Positions 57,028-64,000 of a DNA stretch of 64,000 bases are shown piece after piece. The DNA comes from Candidatus Omnitrophota bacterium (GTDB lineage: Bacteria > Omnitrophota > Gorgyraeia > B26-G9). The translations under genes were made by a program, and so were the position numbers. The notes beneath the pieces are model-generated. The model worked only from the letters and a program-made list of their open reading frames with translations. It was not told the origin of the DNA and ran no database searches. The stretch spans positions 2,100-66,099 of the forward strand of contig JAHITE010000048.1 in NCBI GenBank assembly GCA_018817585.1. The letters are read 5' to 3'. Position 1 is the stretch's first letter; each line of letters starts with the position of its first letter.

Positions 57028-57792
57028 TCAATGATTATTGGCAGGCTTAGCTTCGGAGAATATTTTATCCAGCTCTTTTTCCATTGCTAGCGCTTGCTCG
57101 GTTTTGCCCAGCTTTTTATACGCTTCGCATAGAAAAGTATAAATCACTCTTTTCTCAAATTTATCAATTGTTTGCTGTGCAGCAAAACTTCTGGCTTGTT
57201 CAAAACAATAAGCCGCATTAGTATAATCTTTTTTCTGCATAATATATATTTCACCCAGTTCCGCATATATTTTCCAGGAATCTGGATTGTTTTTTATCCC
57301 ATCTTTGAGTAATTTTATGGCTTCATCTATTTTGTCTAAACGGGTTGCCAGCCAGAATCCGCCCACGCAATAAGCCTGCTCATTGTGCGGATTTAATTTT
57401 AGCGCGTAATAAAACCAGGGAATAAGTTCTTTTTCTTCGTTTCCGCTTAAATGGCGGTGTTGGCTGATTCTTAGCGCCTGTCTGATATTCATCAGAGGAT
57501 TAGCAAAGTTCTTTTTGGATGATGGGAGGGAGTGATGTTCATGTTCTGGAGACTGTTCCAGGTAATTTTCCTGTTTGCATGTTTGGCCTTTGGCGTGAAA
57601 ATACGCGTCAGCCTGCAGATAGGATAAATCAGATAAATAATCGCGAAACTCGCCAAAGGTTTTATAAAATATATGATTATTCAGATCCGCGCTTGCTTGT
57701 TGATTTAAAAATTCCTGGCTGTAGGAGTCTATTTTGCTGCTGAGCAGAAGAATCAAGATTAGCGCTGGGATAAAAAAAAATAGGTTTTTCAT
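57028..57792 (-). CDS. TPR-repeat lipoprotein
   Basis: Signal peptide; TPR/Sel1-like repeats. Confidence 0.55.
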   Translation of the reverse strand: MKNLFFFIPALILILLLSSKIDSYSQEFLNQQASADLNNHIFYKTFGEFRDYLSDLSYLQADAYFHAKGQTCKQENYLEQSPEHEHHSLPSSKKNFANPLMNIRQALRISQHRHLSGNEEKELIPWFYYALKLNPHNEQAYCVGGFWLATRLDKIDEAIKLLKDGIKNNPDSWKIYAELGEIYIMQKKDYTNAAYCFEQARSFAAQQTIDKFEKRVIYTFLCEAYKKLGKTEQALAMEKELDKIFSEAKPANNH

Positions 57793-58562
57793 TACAGATT
57801 TTTTCTTTTAAAGACAATGATTGTCAGCCAGATTATTAGTGCTGTGTAGATAACTGTGTAAATCGAAATTGAAGTCATAACCCAAAGGGGTAATGGTTCC
57901 CAAAGATGAATCAAACGGATACGGATATCAAAAAACTCAAAGTGCGGCAGGAGATAGTATAAGAGATTATAAACATAAGCGATTTTTTCAGTAGACACAG
58001 TGATTAGTTTTCTTAGGGTTTCATTGTACCAAAACATGAAAAAATACAAAAGAAATGTAATGGCAATATTGGCTGAGATTGTGAAAAATAAGGAAAACAG
58101 CATAGCAAAGCCGGCAAGCAGGCTGAGCAAGAGGATTGATAATATGTAGTATTGTCCAAGTAATATTAAGCTGGCGGCTTCGCCTTTGCTGAAAATAAAA
58201 CCAAGATATAAACCATAGAAAGCCGTAAAAGAAATAAGCAAAATAAATAAGCTGCCGACAAATTTTCCCAATACAAACTGGGTTCTGGCGACAGGTTTTG
58301 CCAGTAAGGGATAAATGGTTTTAGTTTCTATTTCCGCCGGGATTTGTTTTGCGGAAAAAGTAATCGTAATGATCATCGAAAAAAGCCCGACCAGAGACAG
58401 TCCAATATCTTTTAAATAACGGGAGATATCTTTAATCCCGAAAAAAGATTCACTGTAAAAAAAACCCGCTAATCCCAGAAAAAGGATAATCAGGATATAA
58501 AAATCTTTTTTCCTGAGCAGTTCTTTTATTGTATGTCGCGCTAAAATTAAAATTTTACTCAT
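57792..58562 (-). CDS. ABC-2 type transporter permease
   Basis: Six TM helices; start overlaps the ATPase gene stop. Confidence 0.6.
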   Translation of the reverse strand: MSKILILARHTIKELLRKKDFYILIILFLGLAGFFYSESFFGIKDISRYLKDIGLSLVGLFSMIITITFSAKQIPAEIETKTIYPLLAKPVARTQFVLGKFVGSLFILLISFTAFYGLYLGFIFSKGEAASLILLGQYYILSILLLSLLAGFAMLFSLFFTISANIAITFLLYFFMFWYNETLRKLITVSTEKIAYVYNLLYYLLPHFEFFDIRIRLIHLWEPLPLWVMTSISIYTVIYTALIIWLTIIVFKRKNL

Positions 58563-59292
58563 TTTTCACCAAATCAAAGAAATATTGTTCCAGGTTAATT
58601 GCTTTGCCTTTTTCATTCATGATTTCATGGGGCTTTGTTTCTTTTAGGATTTTACCTTCTTTTAAGATAATCACTTTGTCCGAGATTATCTCGGCTTCGG
58701 AAAGTTCATGCGAAGAAAAGAAAATGGTTTTTCCTTTGGTTTTTAGATCGAGTAAAATATTGCGCATATTCATTCGGGCAATTGGATCAAACCCTGATGT
58801 TGGCTCATCGAGAATAAGCAATTGCGGATCATTTATTAAACATTGAGCAAAACTTACTTTCTGCAGCATGCCTTTAGAAAATGTTTTCATTAATTTATTT
58901 TTATTTTCTCCTAAGTCGACAAGCTCAAGCAGATAATCTATGCGCGGCAGAAAAATCGCGGGTTTAATTTTGAATAATTTAGCGTAGAAAACCAGCAGTT
59001 CTTTAGGGGTTAAGTACCAATAGTAATTCGCGGTTTCCGGCATATAGCCGATTGCCTGATGGGTAAGAGCGTCAGTTGGTTTTTTTTCAAAAAGCATAAT
59101 AGTGCCGCTACGCGGGGAAAGTAATCCGAGCATGGTTTTGATCAAAGTTGTTTTGCCTGCGCCGTTTGGCCCAAGAAAACCGCAGATTTGACCTTTACTG
59201 AGGCTTAGGTTGATATTCCGCAGAGCTTTTTTCTGCTGTAATCCTTTGCCGTAAAAAAGATTTAAATTGATTATTTCAATAATATTTTTCAT
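58555..59292 (-). CDS. ABC transporter ATP-binding protein
   Basis: GPNGAGKTT, LSKGMLQKVSFAQCL, LLILDEPT. Confidence 0.85.
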   Translation of the reverse strand: MKNIIEIINLNLFYGKGLQQKKALRNINLSLSKGQICGFLGPNGAGKTTLIKTMLGLLSPRSGTIMLFEKKPTDALTHQAIGYMPETANYYWYLTPKELLVFYAKLFKIKPAIFLPRIDYLLELVDLGENKNKLMKTFSKGMLQKVSFAQCLINDPQLLILDEPTSGFDPIARMNMRNILLDLKTKGKTIFFSSHELSEAEIISDKVIILKEGKILKETKPHEIMNEKGKAINLEQYFFDLVKNE

Positions 59293-59430
59293 GATTAATC
59301 AAGTTTAACATATGCGTTTTTAGACTTCAAGTATAATTAAAATAGACAGCTATTGCTGATTTTTAAGATAAAATATATTGCCAGAGGTTTTGCTTTGATA
59401 TACCATATGACGTACAAGAAAAACTAGAAG

Positions 59431-59514
59431 CTCATAGCTGATGGTCGATGGCTAATGGTAAAAACTAAAAACCCGTAATTAATAACTCATAATTTATAAC
59501 TATAAACTATACAG
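59431..59514. repeat. heptanucleotide-periodic repeat array (12 phased units)
   Basis: ctcatag ctgatgg tcgatgg ctaatgg taaaaac taaaaac ccgtaat taataac tcataat ttataac tataaac tatacag. Confidence 0.8.
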
Positions 59515-59693
59515 GGCTAGAATAATTATTTTAGCGGGTTTGAAGCCTGATTTTGATAGGACTGGCAAAATCAGAGATTCATACTCGGAGCATTACAGGA
59601 TGTAAGGCGAGAATGAGCAGAAATAATTGATTCTAGACCGCCACACAGGTTATAAGACACAAGGACAGAAAACAGAAGATACATAACTAATCA

Positions 59694-60857
59694 ATGGAGA
59701 AAATAGTGGAAATATTTAAAAAAGGGGTATTTTTAATTACTTGCGGCAGAGGGATAATGCCTTTTCTGCATAGAGAAGTTAAGCAGTTGGGCTATGATGT
59801 TTTGTCTTCTCATGAAACAGGCTTAGAAATTGAAGCAGAATATGAGGAATGCTATAAATTGAATCTTTGTCTGCGCACAGCGATGCATATAATGTATTTG
59901 CTTAAGAAATTTGCTTGTACCAGCCCGGATGAGCTGTATAAAGCAGTAGCCTCTGTGCCCTGGGAACATATTATCAGCCCAACAGAGTATGTCAGTGTGG
60001 TCTCTGTGGCTGATACAAAGCATTTAAAAAATTCGATGTTTGCCAGTCAAAGAGTAAAAGACGCGATTGTTGATCGGATCATGAGTAAGTGCGATAGCCG
60101 TCCGGATGCCGGACCGCAAAGAGATAATGTGGTAGTTAATTTGTTTTGGAAAAATAACCGCTGCTGGCTGTATGTGGATACATCGGGTAATAAACTTTCT
60201 GATCGGACATACCGCAAGCTTCCTTATATTGCTCCTTTGCAGGAAACTCTGGCCGCGGCATTACTATTGGCCGCGGATTATGACGGGACAAAGGCTTTAG
60301 TCAATCCGATGTGCGGCAGCGGAACCTTGGCAATTGAAGCAGCCTTGATCGCGCTTAATCGCGCGCCCGGACTGTTAAGAGTTAATTACGGGCTAATGCA
60401 TTTAATGAATTTTAATTCTGAAAATTGGCAGGCAACGCGCAAACAAATAAAAAAAAGCGGAAAACAGCAACTCGCGGCAAAAATTATTGCTTCGGATATT
60501 TCTCCGCAGGCAGTGGATATTGCCAGAAAAAACGCGCAAACCGCGGGAGTTGATCATTTGATTGAATTTCATGCTTGCGATTTTAGCCAAACTCCGATGC
60601 CTAAGCCGGGTGGGATTGTGATCATGAATCCTGAGTATGGGGTGAGAATGGGCCAGGAGATTCAGCTGAGAAAAACCTATAAAGATATTGGCAGTTTTCT
60701 CCAGACAAAATGCAAAGGATATAAAGCCTATGTTTTTACCGGTAATATGCGTTTAGCTGAGCAGATCCCTTTACAGCCAGTAAGCGAAAAACCTTTTTCC
60801 AATGCGCGAATTGACTGTAAGTTATTTGAGTATGATTTGGCGAATGAATATGATTGA
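59694..60857 (+). CDS. THUMP-domain class I SAM-dependent RNA methyltransferase (RlmL/Trm14-like)
   Basis: THUMP region; MCGSGT motif I; NPEYG motif IV. Confidence 0.75.
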   Translation: MEKIVEIFKKGVFLITCGRGIMPFLHREVKQLGYDVLSSHETGLEIEAEYEECYKLNLCLRTAMHIMYLLKKFACTSPDELYKAVASVPWEHIISPTEYVSVVSVADTKHLKNSMFASQRVKDAIVDRIMSKCDSRPDAGPQRDNVVVNLFWKNNRCWLYVDTSGNKLSDRTYRKLPYIAPLQETLAAALLLAADYDGTKALVNPMCGSGTLAIEAALIALNRAPGLLRVNYGLMHLMNFNSENWQATRKQIKKSGKQQLAAKIIASDISPQAVDIARKNAQTAGVDHLIEFHACDFSQTPMPKPGGIVIMNPEYGVRMGQEIQLRKTYKDIGSFLQTKCKGYKAYVFTGNMRLAEQIPLQPVSEKPFSNARIDCKLFEYDLANEYD

Positions 60858-60919
60858 ATCTATAGCTCATGGCAAAAAGCAAAAAACTATTAGCTATCGA
60901 CCATTAGCCATTGACTATT
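60857..60919. repeat. heptanucleotide-periodic repeat array occupying the whole convergent intergenic gap
   Basis: ctatagc tcatggc aaaaagc aaaaaac tattagc tatcgac cattagc cattgac tattc. Confidence 0.7.
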
Positions 60920-61360
60920 CTATGAAATAATTTCCACCAGCTCTAATTCAAAAATTAAATCTTCTCCAGCCAAAGGATGATTTCCATCCACAGTCACATC
61001 TTTTTCAGTCAGCGCGGTAATAACAACAGGAATTTTTTGGTTATTTTCATTGTGAATGCCTAGTCTCTGACCGATTTTAGGTTCTAAATCTTTGGGTAAA
61101 TGCCCGCGAGCGACTACGGCGATAAGATCCTCATTTCTAGGACCATAGGCCTTGTCGCAGGGGATGGTTATGGTTTTGGTTTGTCCGATTTTCATGCCCA
61201 GAGTGCCTTCTTCAAATCCGGCAATTACCTGTCCTGAGCCAAGGATAAACTCAAAAGGATCTCTTGAGCGCGATGAATCAAACACGCTGTTATTTTTCAG
61301 TTTACCTGTATAGTGGATCTTTACTGTATCGCCTTGTTTTGCTTGACTCATGCTCTGCAT
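60920..61360 (-). CDS. slyD: FKBP-type peptidyl-prolyl isomerase (SlyD/FkpB-like)
   Basis: KIHYTGKL.NNSVFDSS; GSGQVIAGFEEG..GM; insert-in-flap region. Confidence 0.8.
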   Translation of the reverse strand: MQSMSQAKQGDTVKIHYTGKLKNNSVFDSSRSRDPFEFILGSGQVIAGFEEGTLGMKIGQTKTITIPCDKAYGPRNEDLIAVVARGHLPKDLEPKIGQRLGIHNENNQKIPVVITALTEKDVTVDGNHPLAGEDLIFELELVEIIS

Positions 61361-61447
61361 CCTTTCTGATTATCATGGTTAGATTATGTTGAATTTTGCT
61401 TTTTTTAAATTAACTTGTTTGGCAGGATATGTCAAGGGGAAATCATA

Positions 61448-61500
61448 AAAAGCATGATTGGCTGATGGTCAATAGTCGATAGCTAATGGTCAAAAGAAAA
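61448..61500. repeat. heptanucleotide-periodic repeat array
   Basis: atggtca atagtcg atagcta atggtca aaagaaa aaaagca. Confidence 0.65.
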
Positions 61501-61596
61501 AAAGCAAGTGTGCAAAGTTAACTTTGTGAAAGATGATTGGAAAATTTTTAAGCTTTCATAAATTTAGGTAAATACGTGTCGGATTTTTGGGAACCC

Positions 61597-61690
61597 TTTA
61601 GGGCACGAGGACCTGTCTGAGCCCTTGCAATTTAAGAAAGGCGGCACGCCAACTTTTAAGGGCGAGGTCCGCAAGTGCCGAAAATACGGC
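61597..61690. ncRNA. candidate structured RNA element (GC-rich nested helices), strand undetermined
   Basis: GGCAC/GUGCC (61602-06 / 61675-79); GGACC/GGUCC (61609-13 / 61666-70); GCCCUU/AAGGGC (61621-26 / 61658-63); GGCG-gca-CGCC (61640-50). GC-rich in AT-rich surroundings. Confidence 0.3.
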
Positions 61691-61845
61691 GCGGATTTAT
61701 TGATCTTGCTGTTTTATAGCAAGAAAATTTATGACTGGCGTAAAATTTGCTGATCATCTTGAGTTATTGAGTAAAGCGATAGGAAATGTCACAAAGTAGG
61801 GTTTGGCCCGTAATAATGTACTTGAAAAGATCCAGGATTAAACGT

Positions 61846-62070
61846 ATGATGTGGGTTATGAATTTCGATAACGAATATCTTATAAAATTAGCTAAGACGC
61901 GCATGCCGTTTGGTAAATATAAAGGCAGGCTGCTGATTGATTTGCCGGAAGACTATGTTATGTGGCTTAGCCGTAAGGGGTTTGTTAATGATAGTCTGGG
62001 TAAAATGCTGGCAACGATGTATGAAATCCAGCTCAATGGATTAGATGATTTATTAAAACCGCTGCGCTAG
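61846..62070 (+). CDS. DUF3820-family protein
   Basis: KMPFGKYKGRLLIDLPEDYVMWLSRKGF; start at Met 61846. Confidence 0.55.
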   Translation: MMWVMNFDNEYLIKLAKTRMPFGKYKGRLLIDLPEDYVMWLSRKGFVNDSLGKMLATMYEIQLNGLDDLLKPLR

Positions 62071-62204
62071 ATAGCCGCACGATTGTTTGCTTGCCTAGAC
62101 GGATAAACTAAGATTATTTGTTTTTTAGCTTTACAAAAGTATTAAGTTTGTGTAAACTTTTATCTTTGTTCTAAGAATCAAGTTATTAATTAAAGGAAAG
62201 AAAA

Positions 62205-63821
62205 ATGATTTCAGCAAATGGCGTATCACTTAACTTTGGAGCGCAAAAGCTTTTCTCAGATGTGAGTATTGTATTTTCACCCGGGAATTGTTATGGTTTG
62301 ATTGGAGCGAATGGTTCGGGAAAATCTACATTTTTAAAAATTCTTTCCGGAGAAATCGAACCGTCAAAAGGCGAGGTATCAACTCCTAAAGGTAAGCGGA
62401 TTTCCAGTCTTAAGCAGGATCAGTTTGCTTTTGATGAATATACAGTATTAATGACCGTGATTATGGGGCATAAAAAGCTTTATGATATTATGCTCAAAAA
62501 AGACGCGGTGTACGCTAAAGAGGATTTTTCTGACGCGGATGGGGTTTTAGCTTCTGAGCTGGAAGCGCAATTCGCTGATCTTGACGGCTGGAACGCGGAA
62601 TCAGACGCGGCCAAGCTATTAAGTGATCTGGGGATTGCTGAGGGTTTGCATGAAAAACAAATGAAGCAGTTGGAATCAGGGGAGAAAGTCCGGGTTTTGC
62701 TTGCCCAGGCTTTATTTGGTAATCCGGACATATTATTGCTGGATGAACCGACAAACCATTTGGATGTTTCTACCTGTATGTGGCTGGAAGAGTTTTTGCT
62801 GGATTTTCAGAATACCGCGATTGTGGTTTCTCATGACCGGCATTTTTTAAATAAAGTTTGCACGCATACCGCGGATATTGATTTTGGCAAAATTCAGCTT
62901 TACGCGGGAAATTATAGTTTTTGGCGTGAATCCAGTCAAATTGCTTTAAAGCTGCGCAGTGACGCGAATAAAAAAACCGAGGAAAAGCGTAAAGAAATGC
63001 AGGAGTTTATTGCCCGGTTTAGCGCCAATGCTTCTAAGTCCAGGCAGGCAACCAGCCGAAAAAAAGCTTTGGAAAAACTTACCTTAGAAGATATTAAGCC
63101 GTCTTCCCGCAAATATCCGTATATTAATTTTGAGCAGCAGAAGCCGGCAGGTAATGAAATTATAAACATCGAAAATTTATCCACACAGCTGGATGGGCAG
63201 ATTATGTTTTCCGGGCTAAATATCCGGATTGAGCCAGGAGATAAAATCGCTTTTGTTGGTTCGAACAATCTGGCAAAAACAACTTTATTTAAAATTCTCG
63301 CCGGGGAACATGAATCCTATGAAGGAAACTTTAAATGGGGAGCTTCCGTAATTAAAGCGTATTATCCTAAAGATAATACCGAGTATTTTACCCGGGATAT
63401 GAATATCATTGATTGGCTGCGCCAATATTCCCCGCAAACTGATGAGAATTTCGTGCGCGGCTTTTTAGGCCGCATGCTGTTTACAGGTGATGATTCGCTT
63501 AAGTCAGTAATGGTTTTATCCGGAGGAGAAAAAGTCAGATGTATGTTATCAAGAATGATGCTTACGCAGGGCAATGTGCTGATTTTAGATGAACCAACTA
63601 ACCATCTTGACCTTGAATCAATTACTGCTTTAAACCGCGGCATGGAAAAATATCCGGGCACAGTTCTTTTTTCATCGCATGACCATCAGCTGGTGCAGAC
63701 AGTAGCCAACCGGATTATCGAATTTACGCCCAAAGGATATATTGACCGGATGAATACAACCTTTGACGAGTATTTAGCGGATGAAAATATTAAGCCGCGG
63801 AGAAAACAATTGTACGCGTAA
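62205..63821 (+). CDS. ABC-F family ATPase (tandem ABC domains, no TM domain)
   Basis: Two Walker A motifs (GANGSGKST; GSNNLAKTT); two signature/Walker B motifs (LSGGEKVR; LLLDEPTNHLD / LILDEPTNHLD); inter-domain linker. Confidence 0.85.
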   Translation: MISANGVSLNFGAQKLFSDVSIVFSPGNCYGLIGANGSGKSTFLKILSGEIEPSKGEVSTPKGKRISSLKQDQFAFDEYTVLMTVIMGHKKLYDIMLKKDAVYAKEDFSDADGVLASELEAQFADLDGWNAESDAAKLLSDLGIAEGLHEKQMKQLESGEKVRVLLAQALFGNPDILLLDEPTNHLDVSTCMWLEEFLLDFQNTAIVVSHDRHFLNKVCTHTADIDFGKIQLYAGNYSFWRESSQIALKLRSDANKKTEEKRKEMQEFIARFSANASKSRQATSRKKALEKLTLEDIKPSSRKYPYINFEQQKPAGNEIINIENLSTQLDGQIMFSGLNIRIEPGDKIAFVGSNNLAKTTLFKILAGEHESYEGNFKWGASVIKAYYPKDNTEYFTRDMNIIDWLRQYSPQTDENFVRGFLGRMLFTGDDSLKSVMVLSGGEKVRCMLSRMMLTQGNVLILDEPTNHLDLESITALNRGMEKYPGTVLFSSHDHQLVQTVANRIIEFTPKGYIDRMNTTFDEYLADENIKPRRKQLYA

Positions 63822-63876
63822 TTCCGAGTGAAGTTTTCGCTGAAAAAAATTATTAATAAATATTTTAACAAATAGC

Positions 63877-63905
63877 TTGCAAATAAGTTTGGGATAAGAT
63901 ATACT
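63877..63905 (+). promoter_or_regulatory. sigma70-like promoter TTGCAA-N17-TATACT
   Basis: ttgcaa 63877..63882, 17-nt spacer, tatact 63900..63905. Confidence 0.45.
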
Positions 63906-63950
63906 CTATTTTGTAGTAAATGAGGTAGTAGAAATCTTGACCGTAAGGAG

Positions 63951-63984
63951 AGACAATTACCTTACGGTTTTTTTACGTAGCATT
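63951..63984 (+). terminator. rho-independent terminator
   Basis: ccgtaagg / ccttacgg 8-bp stem plus T7; about 45 nt downstream of the predicted -10. Confidence 0.6.
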
Positions 63985-64000
63985 ATTTACTATAGTTCAG

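Noticed and set aside
1-64000. tRNA, rRNA, tmRNA, RNase P and SRP RNA
   Set aside because: No T-loop GTTCGA/GGTTCRA context with acceptor pairing was seen. No rRNA-like conserved blocks were seen. None was found by eye, and a covariance-model scan would be needed to be certain.

Overview
This 64 kb window is AT-rich (~37% GC) and almost entirely on the + strand. The gene content (electron-bifurcating [FeFe] hydrogenase, Rex, many PilZ/TPR/AsmA-like proteins) suggests an uncultivated anaerobe, possibly Omnitrophota-like; this is inference. No tRNA, rRNA or CRISPR array was found.

Gene content, in order:
- 1-2325: a 5'-partial hybrid histidine kinase followed by three tandem paralogous CheY-like receivers.
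- 2502-12702: glgP, a flavodoxin-like protein, an ABC substrate-binding protein, mutS, mutL and a TPR protein.
- 13230-16450: a small accessory island with BrnT/BrnA, an IS200/RAYT-like transposase fragment carrying two GC-rich REP-like hairpins, a 5'-truncated frameshifted group II intron reverse transcriptase, and a DUF4160/DUF2442 pair. The island is bounded by ~48 bp direct repeats, and each two-gene module is followed by a conserved structured hairpin repeat.
- 16302-24184: a Rex-controlled locus with three Rex boxes, rex, a Cache-type sensor kinase, a receiver fused to a NuoE-like hydrogenase subunit, HndB/HndC-like subunits, the [FeFe] hydrogenase catalytic subunit, and a paralogous free receiver.
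- 24334-37514: envelope and housekeeping genes, including two tandem-PilZ paralogs.
- 37578-41764: a TolC-MacA-MacB efflux operon.
- 41863-43946: hspR plus three Hsp20-domain genes, one with a signal peptide.
- 45009-49849: an OmpR-type two-component pair and a large secreted BNR-repeat protein with a Gly-run/CFIATAAYGS C-terminal domain.
- 49932-56334: a metal/arsenic-type cluster (two arsR, a CoA-disulfide reductase-rhodanese fusion, an ArsP-like permease, two thioredoxin-like proteins, ccdA, acr3).
- 56444-63821: yefM/yoeB, an ABC-2 exporter, a THUMP methyltransferase, slyD, a DUF3820 protein and an ABC-F ATPase.

The most unusual sequence-level signal is a dispersed family of intergenic tandem repeats with a strict 7-bp period. 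Arrays of 6-16 degenerate heptads, built from recurring words such as TCATAAY, ATAGCNN, NTAATGG and AAAAAGC, occur at eight or more loci. They are often arranged as inverted half-arrays around an A-rich centre, and they fill promoter gaps and convergent-terminator gaps.

Other candidates:
- the structured hairpin repeats and direct repeats bounding the accessory island;
- the two-component-to-hydrogenase fusion;
- a structured GC-rich intergenic RNA at ~61.6 kb;
- a promoter-plus-terminator small RNA or attenuator at the 3' end of the window.
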